Shown in pieces: positions 18,676-27,259 of a DNA stretch of 35,577 nt; positions within the stretch are counted from its first letter, which is position 1; every line of letters begins with the position of its first letter. The stretch comes from Halobacteriaceae archaeon (lineage in GTDB: Archaea > Halobacteriota > Halobacteria > Halobacteriales > Halobacteriaceae): the NCBI GenBank assembly GCA_042216675.1, contig JBDGTS010000039.1, positions 1 to 35,577 on the forward strand. Direction: 5' to 3'. A model generated the notes under the pieces. That model was not told the origin of the DNA and made no database searches. It worked only from the letters and a program-made list of their open reading frames with translations. The position numbers and the translations under genes were made by a program.

Positions 18676-18678
18676 CCG

Positions 18679-20001
18679 TCAGTGGTCGTGGTCGTGGCCG
18701 CTCCCGTCGCCGGCCACGGACTCGCCGAGAGCGTCGGCGCCCATCCGCTTGAGGTTGTCACGCTGTTCGAAGGCCTCGACGGCGTCGAGGAGGTCCGTCT
18801 GCGTGAGGGTCTGGCGCTCTTCGAGGAGGGCGTTGAGGACGGCTTCCCGCAGGACGAGCCGAAGGTCGGAGCCGGTGAGGCCCTCCGTCGCGGCGGCGAC
18901 GGCCTCGGGGTCGTAGTCGTCCACCTCCATGTCGCGGGTGATGACGCGGAGGATGTCCGCGCGCATCCCCTCGTCGGGGTTCGGGAACTCCAGAATCTCG
19001 TCGAAGCGGCGCCACGCGGCGGAGTCGAGTTGGTCCGGATGGTTCGTCGCGCCGATGAGAAGCACCTCGTCGCGGATGAGACTCACCTCGTCGATGCTCT
19101 TCAGCAGGGTGTTGACGGCGCGCTTGATGGCCGCGTGCTCGTCCGAGGAGCGGGTCTTGGCCACGAAGTCGAACTCGTCGATGAACAGGATACAGGGCGA
19201 GAGGCGCTTTGCCACCTCGAACACCTTCTCGACGTTCTTCGCCGTCTCGCCGAGGTACTGGCTCGTTATCATCGAGAGTTTGACCTCGACGAACGGCAGG
19301 TCGAGGTCGTGTGCCAGCCCCCGCGCCGTCGAGGTTTTCCCGGTGCCGGGCGGGCCGACGAACAGCAGTTTCCCGATTTCGTGCAGGCCGATTTCCGCGA
19401 GGTAGTCGCGGTGCTCGATGGCCTTCGCCACCTTCTGAATCTCCTGCTCCTGCTCGCTCGTCAACACCAAGTCGTCGAGGGTGAGGTCGATTTCGGAGGG
19501 CGCCCGGATGTCCACGAGTTCCAGCATCCCCTCGTCCTCCTCGTCCTCGGTGTCGAAGTACTCCGCGAGGAGGTTGTCGATCCACGCCCGGTCGGCCCGG
19601 GCCGGGCGGTTGTTCGCGCGGGCCGTCTCGTAGTCGGCGGCCACGTCCGCCCGGTCGTCGTAGGCGAAGGCGAGGACCGGGTTCCCCTCGACGCGAGCCT
19701 CGTCGGCCCGGTCGAAGAACCAGTCGGCGGCCATCTCCTCGTCGACGAGTTTCAGGTCGCCGGCGAACGTCTCGTGGTCGGTGAACATCAGGCTCGATAC
19801 CGCGTCCCACGGGTCCTCGACGCCGGTTGCCTCCCGGGCCGCGTCAGCGGTGACGGCGACGGGCCGTTCCAGGTCCCCGTTCGCGTCCCAGAGCGGTGAG
19901 CGGAACTTCGCGGGGATGTCGTCTGTTTCGAGCGTCGGCGTCGAACTGTAGGCGCGGGCAGTCAACAGGAGTTCGACGACGTCGAGCGCCGGTTCGCTCA
20001 T
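18679..20001 (-). CDS. AAA+ ATPase (single CDC48/FtsH-clade AAA domain)
   Basis: GPPGTGKT, pore loop SQYLGE, ILFIDEFD, ATNHP..LD.A.WRRFD, GSDL. Confidence 0.93.
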   Translation of the reverse strand: MSEPALDVVELLLTARAYSSTPTLETDDIPAKFRSPLWDANGDLERPVAVTADAAREATGVEDPWDAVSSLMFTDHETFAGDLKLVDEEMAADWFFDRADEARVEGNPVLAFAYDDRADVAADYETARANNRPARADRAWIDNLLAEYFDTEDEEDEGMLELVDIRAPSEIDLTLDDLVLTSEQEQEIQKVAKAIEHRDYLAEIGLHEIGKLLFVGPPGTGKTSTARGLAHDLDLPFVEVKLSMITSQYLGETAKNVEKVFEVAKRLSPCILFIDEFDFVAKTRSSDEHAAIKRAVNTLLKSIDEVSLIRDEVLLIGATNHPDQLDSAAWRRFDEILEFPNPDEGMRADILRVITRDMEVDDYDPEAVAAATEGLTGSDLRLVLREAVLNALLEERQTLTQTDLLDAVEAFEQRDNLKRMGADALGESVAGDGSGHDHDH

Positions 20002-20038
20002 CGCCGATCGTTGCCGCCCCGGAGGAATAAGCGCGTCG

Positions 20039-21943
20039 CTACGCCCGGACGAAGAAGACGTAGTTCACGTCGAAGCAGGCGTGGCGGGCGTACGTCACCT
20101 GTCGGTAGCCCGCCGCGCGCAGTTCCTCGGCGACGCGGTGACTGCTCTCGCCGGAGCTGACGACGACGGGCACAGCGCCGCTGGTGACCAGCGACTCGTT
20201 CGACGTGCCGTTCACCGTGACGCCGTGGCTGTTGAAGTACCACGGGAGCGGCAATCGAGAGAACCATCCGGCGGGCGGGAGGCTCAGACCGTCCCACTCC
20301 CCGCGCACGTCGTAGAACAGGTTCGAGTCGTCCAAGCCGCCGTCGTGGTCCGCGGCGTCGCCGTAGTACAGCACGTCGGTGCCGGGGGTGCGGTCGCTCA
20401 GGCGGTACACCTCCGAGAGCGTGTCTTGCATCCGGTCGGGAGGCTGCGCGCACTGCACGATTTCCACGTCGGGACTCTGGGACCGCTCGAAGGACGTGTC
20501 GTAGGCCGTGACGCCCATCTGGCCCACCAGCAGGAAAACGAGGACGACGGCGGCACCGGTTCGCACCGCGTCGTCGTGGGCGACGCCGGCCGCGCCCTGC
20601 CGCGCAATCCACCCCAGCGCCACCGCCGCCGGGACGGCGAGGGGCGCGACGACGTGGACCATCTCCCACGGGAACGGGTTCTCCGCGATGACCGGATAGG
20701 TGACGAAACTGGCGAAGCCCCAGTACGCGGTGAGAGCGACCACGTCGCGCGGCCCGCCGTCGCGGTATCTGTCGATGAGGAAGCCGGCGATTGCGAGGAC
20801 GAACAGGACGAGGGCGCCGCTCTCGATGTCGTTCCAGAACGTGTCGAGGTAGTTCACGTAGGCGTGGCCGCTCGCGGACGCCGACCAGCGGTCGAGGAAC
20901 TCCACATACACGCCGTAGGTGGCCGCCTCCACCACCTCGGGGAGCATCGCGGGGTCGTGGAGGACGTTGAACAGACCCACCTCGTCCAAGTCGGCCGCCC
21001 GCGGCGCGTAGAAGAAGACGAAGACGGCGAAGAACTCGACGCCGGCGAGGACGAACTGCGGACCGTACGGCGCGTAGGCGAACACGAGGACGGCGAGGAC
21101 CAGCACCGGAGCGACGGCGACGTTGTAGGTGCTGGGGAGGGTCACGAGGGCGGTGACGGCGAGGCTGGCGGCCGCGAGCGCCGCCGCACCGAGCAGCCCG
21201 GGGTCCGCGACGAGCGGTCGGTCGGAGACCGGGCCGCCGCGAAGCGCCGCGTAGCGGGCGCGAAGCCGGTCGTAGCGGTCGAACGCCCACGCGACGGCCC
21301 GCGAGAGCCACGGCGGCAGGTCGGCGGTCAGACGCTCGCCCTCGGCCGCGGACGCGGAGAGGCGGTGGTCGAGGAGGAGCGCGGCCGCCCCGAGCCAGTA
21401 GAACGGGTAGAGCAGTGCGAGTTCTTTCGCGGTGAAGCCGAGCGCCATCGAGAGCGTGCCCGCGTACAGATAGCGGGTGTCGCGGGTGTCGTGAGCCCGG
21501 ACGAACAGGCCGACGGCGACGAGCATGAACGCCGCGACTGGCAGGTCGTTGCGCATGAACCGCGAGTAGTACAACAAGAGAGGGTTGAGCGCGAGCAACA
21601 GGCCCAGCGCCACCACTTCCGAGTCCCGAAGGTGCTTCCGGAACAGCCACGCCGACAGGGGGAGGGCGGCCCCGATGAGGGCGACGACGAGGCGCGCGCT
21701 GAAGTCGTTCGGCGGCAACACCTGAAAGACGACGGAGTTGACGTGTGGGAGAAACGGCCCGTGAATCATCGCGTAGTACTCCCACGCACCGACGTCCATG
21801 TAGTGGAGAATCCAGTCCGCGACGCGCGCTTCGTCCTGATGCATCACGCGCCAGCCGAGAGCCCAGAGGCGGGCGACGAGACCCGCCGCCGTGATGAGGA
21901 GGAGGGCTGGAAGGGGGTGAGCGAGACGACGGAGCCGACGCAT
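20039..21943 (-). CDS. Polytopic GT-C-like membrane protein (TIGR03663/Agl23-like)
   Basis: HQDEARV after the first TM, IHGPFL, YYSRFMRND, AKE, VFFYAPR, PLPWY; ATG 21943. Confidence 0.82.
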   Translation of the reverse strand: MRRLRRLAHPLPALLLITAAGLVARLWALGWRVMHQDEARVADWILHYMDVGAWEYYAMIHGPFLPHVNSVVFQVLPPNDFSARLVVALIGAALPLSAWLFRKHLRDSEVVALGLLLALNPLLLYYSRFMRNDLPVAAFMLVAVGLFVRAHDTRDTRYLYAGTLSMALGFTAKELALLYPFYWLGAAALLLDHRLSASAAEGERLTADLPPWLSRAVAWAFDRYDRLRARYAALRGGPVSDRPLVADPGLLGAAALAAASLAVTALVTLPSTYNVAVAPVLVLAVLVFAYAPYGPQFVLAGVEFFAVFVFFYAPRAADLDEVGLFNVLHDPAMLPEVVEAATYGVYVEFLDRWSASASGHAYVNYLDTFWNDIESGALVLFVLAIAGFLIDRYRDGGPRDVVALTAYWGFASFVTYPVIAENPFPWEMVHVVAPLAVPAAVALGWIARQGAAGVAHDDAVRTGAAVVLVFLLVGQMGVTAYDTSFERSQSPDVEIVQCAQPPDRMQDTLSEVYRLSDRTPGTDVLYYGDAADHDGGLDDSNLFYDVRGEWDGLSLPPAGWFSRLPLPWYFNSHGVTVNGTSNESLVTSGAVPVVVSSGESSHRVAEELRAAGYRQVTYARHACFDVNYVFFVRA

Positions 21944-21984
21944 ACCCGGACTCTGTGTGTCGGGGGGTAAACGCTTTCCCCTCG

Positions 21985-23079
21985 CTACAGCACACGCTTG
22001 TCCGACGGGGCGTCGCCGTCGACGGCCGCCGTCGAGACGCTGTACTGGACCGTCCTCGCGATGGTCGCCCAGTCGTCGTTGTCCCGGGGACCGTTGCCGC
22101 CCGTCGAGTACCGGTAGTAGTCGTCGGGCGAGTTGTAGTTCATGACGCTCGGATACTCTGCGAGCGGGACCGCGTCGGTATCGAGTCCGGAAATGGAGCC
22201 GCCGTACCGCTCGTCGGGCACGAGGCCCACGGAGTGCCCGAACTCGTGCATGAACAGCGACCCCCGCATGCCGGCGCTGACGCCCGTGTTGCCGACGATG
22301 GCGAACCGCCCCACCTCGGCCATACCGTTCACGTACGTCCCGTCGGTTTTGGCGTAGCGCGCGACGAGGACGTAGTGGTGGCCCGCCCGGGCGTAGTCGG
22401 CGTAACGCCGTTCGTACTCGCAGAAGTCGTTCGCCTCGCCGTCGGTCCCACACCAGTAAAGCGTCTCCGTCGCCGGCACGGTGTCGTCGTACCGGAGATG
22501 GACCCGAATCCCGCGTTCGCCGTCGGGATTCCCGACGGGCGCGGACGCGTACCGGTCCACCACCGTCTCGAAGGCGCCACGCGACACCGTCGTGCCGGTC
22601 ATCGCGTCGATTTCGACGAATACGTCCTTGTGGAGCGGGTCGGCCGCCGAGAGTGCCGCTGGCGGGTCGAGTTCGAGGCCGTCGTCGAGGCCGTCCCCGT
22701 CCGTGTCGGCGTCGGTCGGGTCGGTGCCGTGCTGCTGCACTTCGTCCACGTCGGCCAGTCCGTCGCCGTCCGTGTCGGCGTCGGTCGGTTCGGTGCCGAG
22801 TCGGACCTCCGTTGCGTCGTGGAACCCGTCGGCGTCCGTGTCCGAGCCGCGCGGATACGTCCCGAGCGTCCGCTCTCGCTCGTTCGACAGGCCGTCACCG
22901 TCGAAGTCCGAGTCGGACGGCTCGACGGGTCTCGGGGTCACCATCGGCACGCCAGTCGGGGTCGCGGTCGCAGTCGCGGGCGCAGTCGCGTTCTCCCTCG
23001 GAACGTCGGGACTGCCGCTGCTGCAGCCGGCCAGCGCGGCGAGGAGGACGACCAGCAGGAGCGCGAGCGTGCGGCGCAC
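21985..23079 (-). CDS. Tat lipoprotein with Ca-binding DxDxDG repeats and a zinc-metalloprotease domain
   Basis: GTG 23079; RR...LAGC lipobox; Thr/Pro linker; four DxDxDG repeats; HEFGHSVGL and SVMNY. Confidence 0.85.
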   Translation of the reverse strand: MRRTLALLLVVLLAALAGCSSGSPDVPRENATAPATATATPTGVPMVTPRPVEPSDSDFDGDGLSNERERTLGTYPRGSDTDADGFHDATEVRLGTEPTDADTDGDGLADVDEVQQHGTDPTDADTDGDGLDDGLELDPPAALSAADPLHKDVFVEIDAMTGTTVSRGAFETVVDRYASAPVGNPDGERGIRVHLRYDDTVPATETLYWCGTDGEANDFCEYERRYADYARAGHHYVLVARYAKTDGTYVNGMAEVGRFAIVGNTGVSAGMRGSLFMHEFGHSVGLVPDERYGGSISGLDTDAVPLAEYPSVMNYNSPDDYYRYSTGGNGPRDNDDWATIARTVQYSVSTAAVDGDAPSDKRVL

Positions 23080-23142
23080 AGCAATCTCTCTTCGTCGGAC
23101 ACGAAAAGTGTTGGCACAGAACAACGAGAGCCGCGCCGAGCG

Positions 23143-23148
23143 TTTATG
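23143..23148 (+). promoter_or_regulatory. TATA-like box of thiolase
   Basis: TTTATG about 24-29 bp upstream of ATG 23172. Confidence 0.45.
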
Positions 23149-23171
23149 TCGCTGGCACGCCACCGGCCCGT

Positions 23172-24320
23172 ATGGCATCCGACACGACGCCCGTCGTCGC
23201 CGCCGCGGTGCGCACGCCGCAGGGCCGCGACGGGGGAGCGCTCGCCGACGTGCGGAGCGAGGACCTCTCGATACCGCTGGTGAACGAGATTCTCGACCGC
23301 GCAGCACTCGACCCCTCGGCCGTCGACGACTTGCTGTGGGGCTGTGCCCAGCAACGCGGCGAACAGGACAACAACATCGCCCGCGTCATCGCCCTGCTCT
23401 CTGACCTCGGCGAGGGGGTCCCCGGCGCGACCATCAACCGCTGGTGTGCCTCCTCGATGCAGGCCATCATGAACGCCGCCGACACCATCCGCGCCGGCCA
23501 GCGGCGGTGCGTCATCGCCGGCGGCGTCGAGAACATGTCCCGTCACCCGCTCTCGGAGGCGATGGGGCACGTCCATCCCGCCCTCGGCGACCACTACAAC
23601 GTCGGCGACCTCCAGATGGGGATGACCGCCGAGAAGGTGGCCGAGGAGTTCGGGGTGAGCCGCGAGGCCCAAGACGAGTACGCCCTCCGCTCACACCGGC
23701 GCGCCGCGGAGGCGACGGACACGGGCCGCTTCGACGACGAACTCGTGCCAATCGAGGGCGAGGACGGTCTCCTCACCGCCGACGAGGGCATCCGGCGGGA
23801 CACCTCGTTGGAGACGTTGGCGTCGCTCGACCCGGTGTTCACGGGCGACGGCACCGTGACGGCCGGCAACGCCTCCCAGATCAGCGACGGCGCGGCGGCG
23901 ACGCTGGTCACGAGCGAAGGGTTCGCAGCGGAACACGGCCTCGACGTCCTCGCCCGCGTCGGCGACCACAACGTCGCGGGCGTGGACCCGACGATCATGG
24001 GCGTCGGTCCGGTCCCGGCGACGGAGGGACTGCTGGAACGCACGGGCGACGACGTGTCGGACTTCGACCTCGTGGAACTGAACGAGGCCTTCGCCTCCCA
24101 GACCCTCTACTGCAAGCGCGAACTCGGGGTCCCCGACGAGAAGTTCAACGTGAACGGCGGCGCCATCGCCCTCGGCCATCCGCTCGGCGCGAGCGGTGCC
24201 CGTCTGCCGGTGACGCTCCTCCACGAGATGCAGAAGCGCGACGCCGACCGGGGGCTGGCGACGCTCTGTGTCGGCTTCGGGCAGGGGGCGGCCGTGACGT
24301 TCGAGCGAAGCGAGACGTGA
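23172..24320 (+). CDS. Acetyl-CoA C-acyltransferase (thiolase)
   Basis: RTPQG, NRWCASS (catalytic Cys), TAGNAS, NEAF, GHPLGASG, CVGFGQG. Confidence 0.95.
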   Translation: MASDTTPVVAAAVRTPQGRDGGALADVRSEDLSIPLVNEILDRAALDPSAVDDLLWGCAQQRGEQDNNIARVIALLSDLGEGVPGATINRWCASSMQAIMNAADTIRAGQRRCVIAGGVENMSRHPLSEAMGHVHPALGDHYNVGDLQMGMTAEKVAEEFGVSREAQDEYALRSHRRAAEATDTGRFDDELVPIEGEDGLLTADEGIRRDTSLETLASLDPVFTGDGTVTAGNASQISDGAAATLVTSEGFAAEHGLDVLARVGDHNVAGVDPTIMGVGPVPATEGLLERTGDDVSDFDLVELNEAFASQTLYCKRELGVPDEKFNVNGGAIALGHPLGASGARLPVTLLHEMQKRDADRGLATLCVGFGQGAAVTFERSET

Positions 24321-24406
24321 GCGATAGCGAACGTCTCGGAAAGACGAGCGGGGAACGCAGTGACCCGCGAGAAGCGAAGCGGGATTTGAGCGGTAGCGAA
24401 ACTCCG
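24311..24406 (+). repeat. Modular palindromic (REP-like) element, copy 1
   Basis: CGAGACGT-GAGCGATAGCGA-ACGTCTCG; GCGGG-GAACGCAGTGA-CCCGC; imperfect third stem around GAGCGGTAGCGA. Confidence 0.75.
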
Positions 24407-24513
24407 ACGCGGCCCGGAAGTCCATCGACTCGGCGCGAGTAACTGTTCGCGAACGGGAAATTTCAACCGAGCGCGGCCGCGTTATTATTACGTCCGGGGC
24501 GCATCGTGGGCGT

Positions 24514-25581
24514 GTGAACCTACCGTTTGGGGGAACGGTCCGACGGCTGAGCCATCCGTCGTGGGGATTCTACGCTCTGGGGGGGATGGGTATCTGCCTC
24601 AGCGTCGCCCATTTCGCTCTCGAAGCGGGAACAGTGGTGACGGTGCTCAAGTCCCTCATCGTCGTCGCGCTCTCGGTGACAGTCGTCTACTCTGGGTACG
24701 ACTTGCGGTCCCGGCCGATAAGCGAGGCCGGCGGCCGACGGGCGCTGGCGGTGATGCTCAGCGTGACGGCGTTTTTCGTCCTGTTGGCCGTCATCGTGGA
24801 CGTCATCTGGGCCATCGAGGCCAGCCACCACTCGGACACGGACTTCATGCTCCTCTTCGCGGGGTCGCTTGGCGCCGCCGTCGGCGCGCAGACGGGCCTG
24901 TACGAGGCCCAGTCCCGGGAGAAACTCGCGCAGAATCAGGCGCTGACGAAGCTCCTGCAGGTGAACCAGCGAGTGCTCCGACACAACCTCCGCAACGAAC
25001 TGACCGTCGCGCTCGGCCACCTCGAAAACGTGGAGACGCGGGTCGGGGCGGACGACCCCGACGTGGTGCAGGTCCGCGAGCATCTCCAGGAGGTCCTCGA
25101 CATCAGCGACCGGGCACGCCGCGTCGTGAGCATCTGGGAGACGGACACCTGCGCGACGTTCGACCTTCGAGACCTCGTCGCCGAGCGGATCAGCCACCTC
25201 CACCGGCAGTATCCCGGTACGTCCGTGTCGGCGACGGTGCCGGCGGGCAGGACGGTGGACGCACACGTCGCGTTGCCGCGCGCCATCGACGAAGTGCTGG
25301 AGAACGCCGTCCTCCACAACGACCCGACGGTGCAGATTACGGTCCGGACCACCCGGCCCCGACCCGGCGTCATCGCACTAGAAATCGCCGACGACGGGAC
25401 GGGCCTCGACCCGCTGGAGCGGCGGGCGCTGTTCCAGCAGAGCGAGACGCAACTCGCGCACGGCCGGGGCTTGGGGCTGTGGCTCGTCTACTGGATCGTC
25501 ACGAAGTCCGGGGGCGAACTGAAGTTCCGGGACAACGAGCCGACGGGGACCGTGGTCGAACTGCGGCTTCCGGCCGACTAA
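24514..25581 (+). CDS. Membrane sensor histidine kinase
   Basis: About four N-terminal TM helices; H-box LRHNLRN, N-box LENAVLHN, G1 DDGTG, G2 GRGLGL. Confidence 0.92.
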   Translation: MNLPFGGTVRRLSHPSWGFYALGGMGICLSVAHFALEAGTVVTVLKSLIVVALSVTVVYSGYDLRSRPISEAGGRRALAVMLSVTAFFVLLAVIVDVIWAIEASHHSDTDFMLLFAGSLGAAVGAQTGLYEAQSREKLAQNQALTKLLQVNQRVLRHNLRNELTVALGHLENVETRVGADDPDVVQVREHLQEVLDISDRARRVVSIWETDTCATFDLRDLVAERISHLHRQYPGTSVSATVPAGRTVDAHVALPRAIDEVLENAVLHNDPTVQITVRTTRPRPGVIALEIADDGTGLDPLERRALFQQSETQLAHGRGLGLWLVYWIVTKSGGELKFRDNEPTGTVVELRLPAD

Positions 25582-26051
25582 GCCGCCTCGACTGCGCCGA
25601 CGAGTTCGGCGTAGTCCGGTTCGTTCGTGGGGTCGTCGGCCACCCAGTCGTAGACCACGGTGCCCTCGTCGTCGAGGACGAAGACGGCCCGGTTCGCGAT
25701 GCCGTGGAGGCCGAGGTCGGGGAGGTCGATTTCGAGGTCGTAGGCCCGAATCGCCTCCCGCGCCATGTCGCTGACGAGGTCGAACTCGATGCCGTGTTCC
25801 TCTCGGAAGGCGCCCTGCGAGAACGGCGAGTCGGCGCTGACGCCCAGCACCGTCGCCCCGGCGGCCTCGAACTCGTCGAGTCGCTCCTGCAGGGCGATCA
25901 TCTCGTTCGTGCAGGGCGGCGTGAACGCGCCGGGGAAGAACGCGAGGACGACCGGTCCGTCGCCGAGTGCGTCGTCGAGTGCGAACGGTTCGTGGTCGCT
26001 GGTGCCGACTGTCGCTTCGAACGCTGGCGCGGTGTCGCCTTCTGAGACCAT
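25578..26051 (-). CDS. Peroxiredoxin (AhpC/TSA family, single Cys)
   Basis: FFPGAFTPPCTNE (PxxxTxxC), GVSADS, NRAVFV; ATG 26051. Confidence 0.93.
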   Translation of the reverse strand: MVSEGDTAPAFEATVGTSDHEPFALDDALGDGPVVLAFFPGAFTPPCTNEMIALQERLDEFEAAGATVLGVSADSPFSQGAFREEHGIEFDLVSDMAREAIRAYDLEIDLPDLGLHGIANRAVFVLDDEGTVVYDWVADDPTNEPDYAELVGAVEAA

Positions 26052-26096
26052 GGCTGACGTGACGGCCCGCGGCCACAAAAGCGTGGGGCGAACGGT

Positions 26097-26179
26097 GTTC
26101 GCTATCGCTTACGTCTCGCTACTCGCGGGTCGTTCCTCCCCGCTCGCCATTTCGAGGCCTTCGCTCCGTTCAGGCCTCG
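26097..26179 (-). repeat. Modular palindromic (REP-like) element, copy 2
   Basis: Minus strand: CGAGGCCT-GAACGGAGCGA-AGGCCTCG; GAGCGGG-GAGGAACGA-CCCGCGAG; GCGAGACGTAAGCGATAGCGAAC, one mismatch to copy 1. Confidence 0.75.
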
Positions 26180-27217
26180 CTATCTGAGGTCGTCCAAGTC
26201 AAAGAGCGGTTTGCACGTCTCGGCGTGGGCCGCGGCCTCGAACGCCTCGGTGCCCTCGTTCAGGTCGTAGCGCTCGTCGACGAACGTGTCAACGTCGATG
26301 ACGCCCGCCGCGATGAGGTCCATCGCCGTCTCGAAGTCGCCCCAGCGGTACGTGTAGGAGCACTGGATGTCCACCTCGCCGCGGACGAGGGGCGTCAGCG
26401 AGAAGTCGGCGTCGTCGGTGAGACCGACCACGACGACCTGCCCGCCCTTCTTGACCTGTTCGGCGGCGGTGCGGATGCCCGAGGGGTGCCCGGTCGTGTC
26501 GAACACCACGTCCCAGCCGACCTCGGTCCACTCGTCGGTGGCGGCACCGATGTCGTCGTCGGCGACGTTGATGGTCTCGAAGCCGAGGTCCTCCGCGAGG
26601 GGGAGGCGGTACTCGCCGTCCCGGCCGGCGCCCGAGACGAGGACGTCGGCGCCCTGCGAGCGCGCGATTTGGGCCGCGAGGATGCCGATGGGGCCCGGTC
26701 CCTCGACGAGGACCGTCGACCCGGAGCGGACGCGGGAGTTCTCGGTGACGGCGCGGGCCGCCACGGCAGCGGGTTCGACGATGGCGCCCTCCCGAAGTGT
26801 CAGGTCCGCCCGGAGGTGGTGGAGGTCCTTCTCGGGGACGGTGATGTAGGGCGCGTAGGCGCCGTCGTGGTCGATGCCGGTAATGCGCGCGTCGGTGCAG
26901 ATGTGGGTGTCGCCCTCCAGACAGTGCCGACACTCCCCGCAGTGGCGGATGATCTGTTCGACGACGCGGTCACCGGGCGCAAAGCGCTCCACGTCGTCGC
27001 CGACCTCGACGACGGTACCGGAGTACTCGTGGCCCACGATGCGCGGGAACTCCATGCGCTCGAAGGCGTCCTTGAACTTGTAGACCCCGAGGTCCGAGCC
27101 ACAGAGGCCCGCGTGCGACACTTCCACGAGGGCCTCGTCGGGGGCCGGTTCGGGCTTCTCGACGTCGATGACGCCCATGCTGCCTTCCTCGCCGGCGAGT
27201 TTGGCGAATCCCTTCAT
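26180..27217 (-). CDS. Zinc-dependent alcohol dehydrogenase (MDR family)
   Basis: GLCGSD, GHE, CGECRHC..C, GPGPIG. Confidence 0.94.
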   Translation of the reverse strand: MKGFAKLAGEEGSMGVIDVEKPEPAPDEALVEVSHAGLCGSDLGVYKFKDAFERMEFPRIVGHEYSGTVVEVGDDVERFAPGDRVVEQIIRHCGECRHCLEGDTHICTDARITGIDHDGAYAPYITVPEKDLHHLRADLTLREGAIVEPAAVAARAVTENSRVRSGSTVLVEGPGPIGILAAQIARSQGADVLVSGAGRDGEYRLPLAEDLGFETINVADDDIGAATDEWTEVGWDVVFDTTGHPSGIRTAAEQVKKGGQVVVVGLTDDADFSLTPLVRGEVDIQCSYTYRWGDFETAMDLIAAGVIDVDTFVDERYDLNEGTEAFEAAAHAETCKPLFDLDDLR

Positions 27218-27259
27218 GCGAGAGGGGTCACGTCAGCCGGCCAAAACAGTTGCGGGACG

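Noticed and set aside
16911-20001. DUF5787 + MBL + AAA as an anti-phage defence operon
   Set aside because: Orientation is mixed, composition looks native, it is adjacent to core translation genes, and there are no defence or mobility markers. Kept only as separate lower-level findings.
22690-22800. Roughly 40-bp near-direct DNA repeats
   Set aside because: Explained by the coding DTDGDG Ca-binding repeats of the lipoprotein.
24311-26179. Composite transposon carrying the kinase and peroxiredoxin
   Set aside because: The flanking elements are not identical terminal repeats, and there is no transposase or visible target-site duplication.
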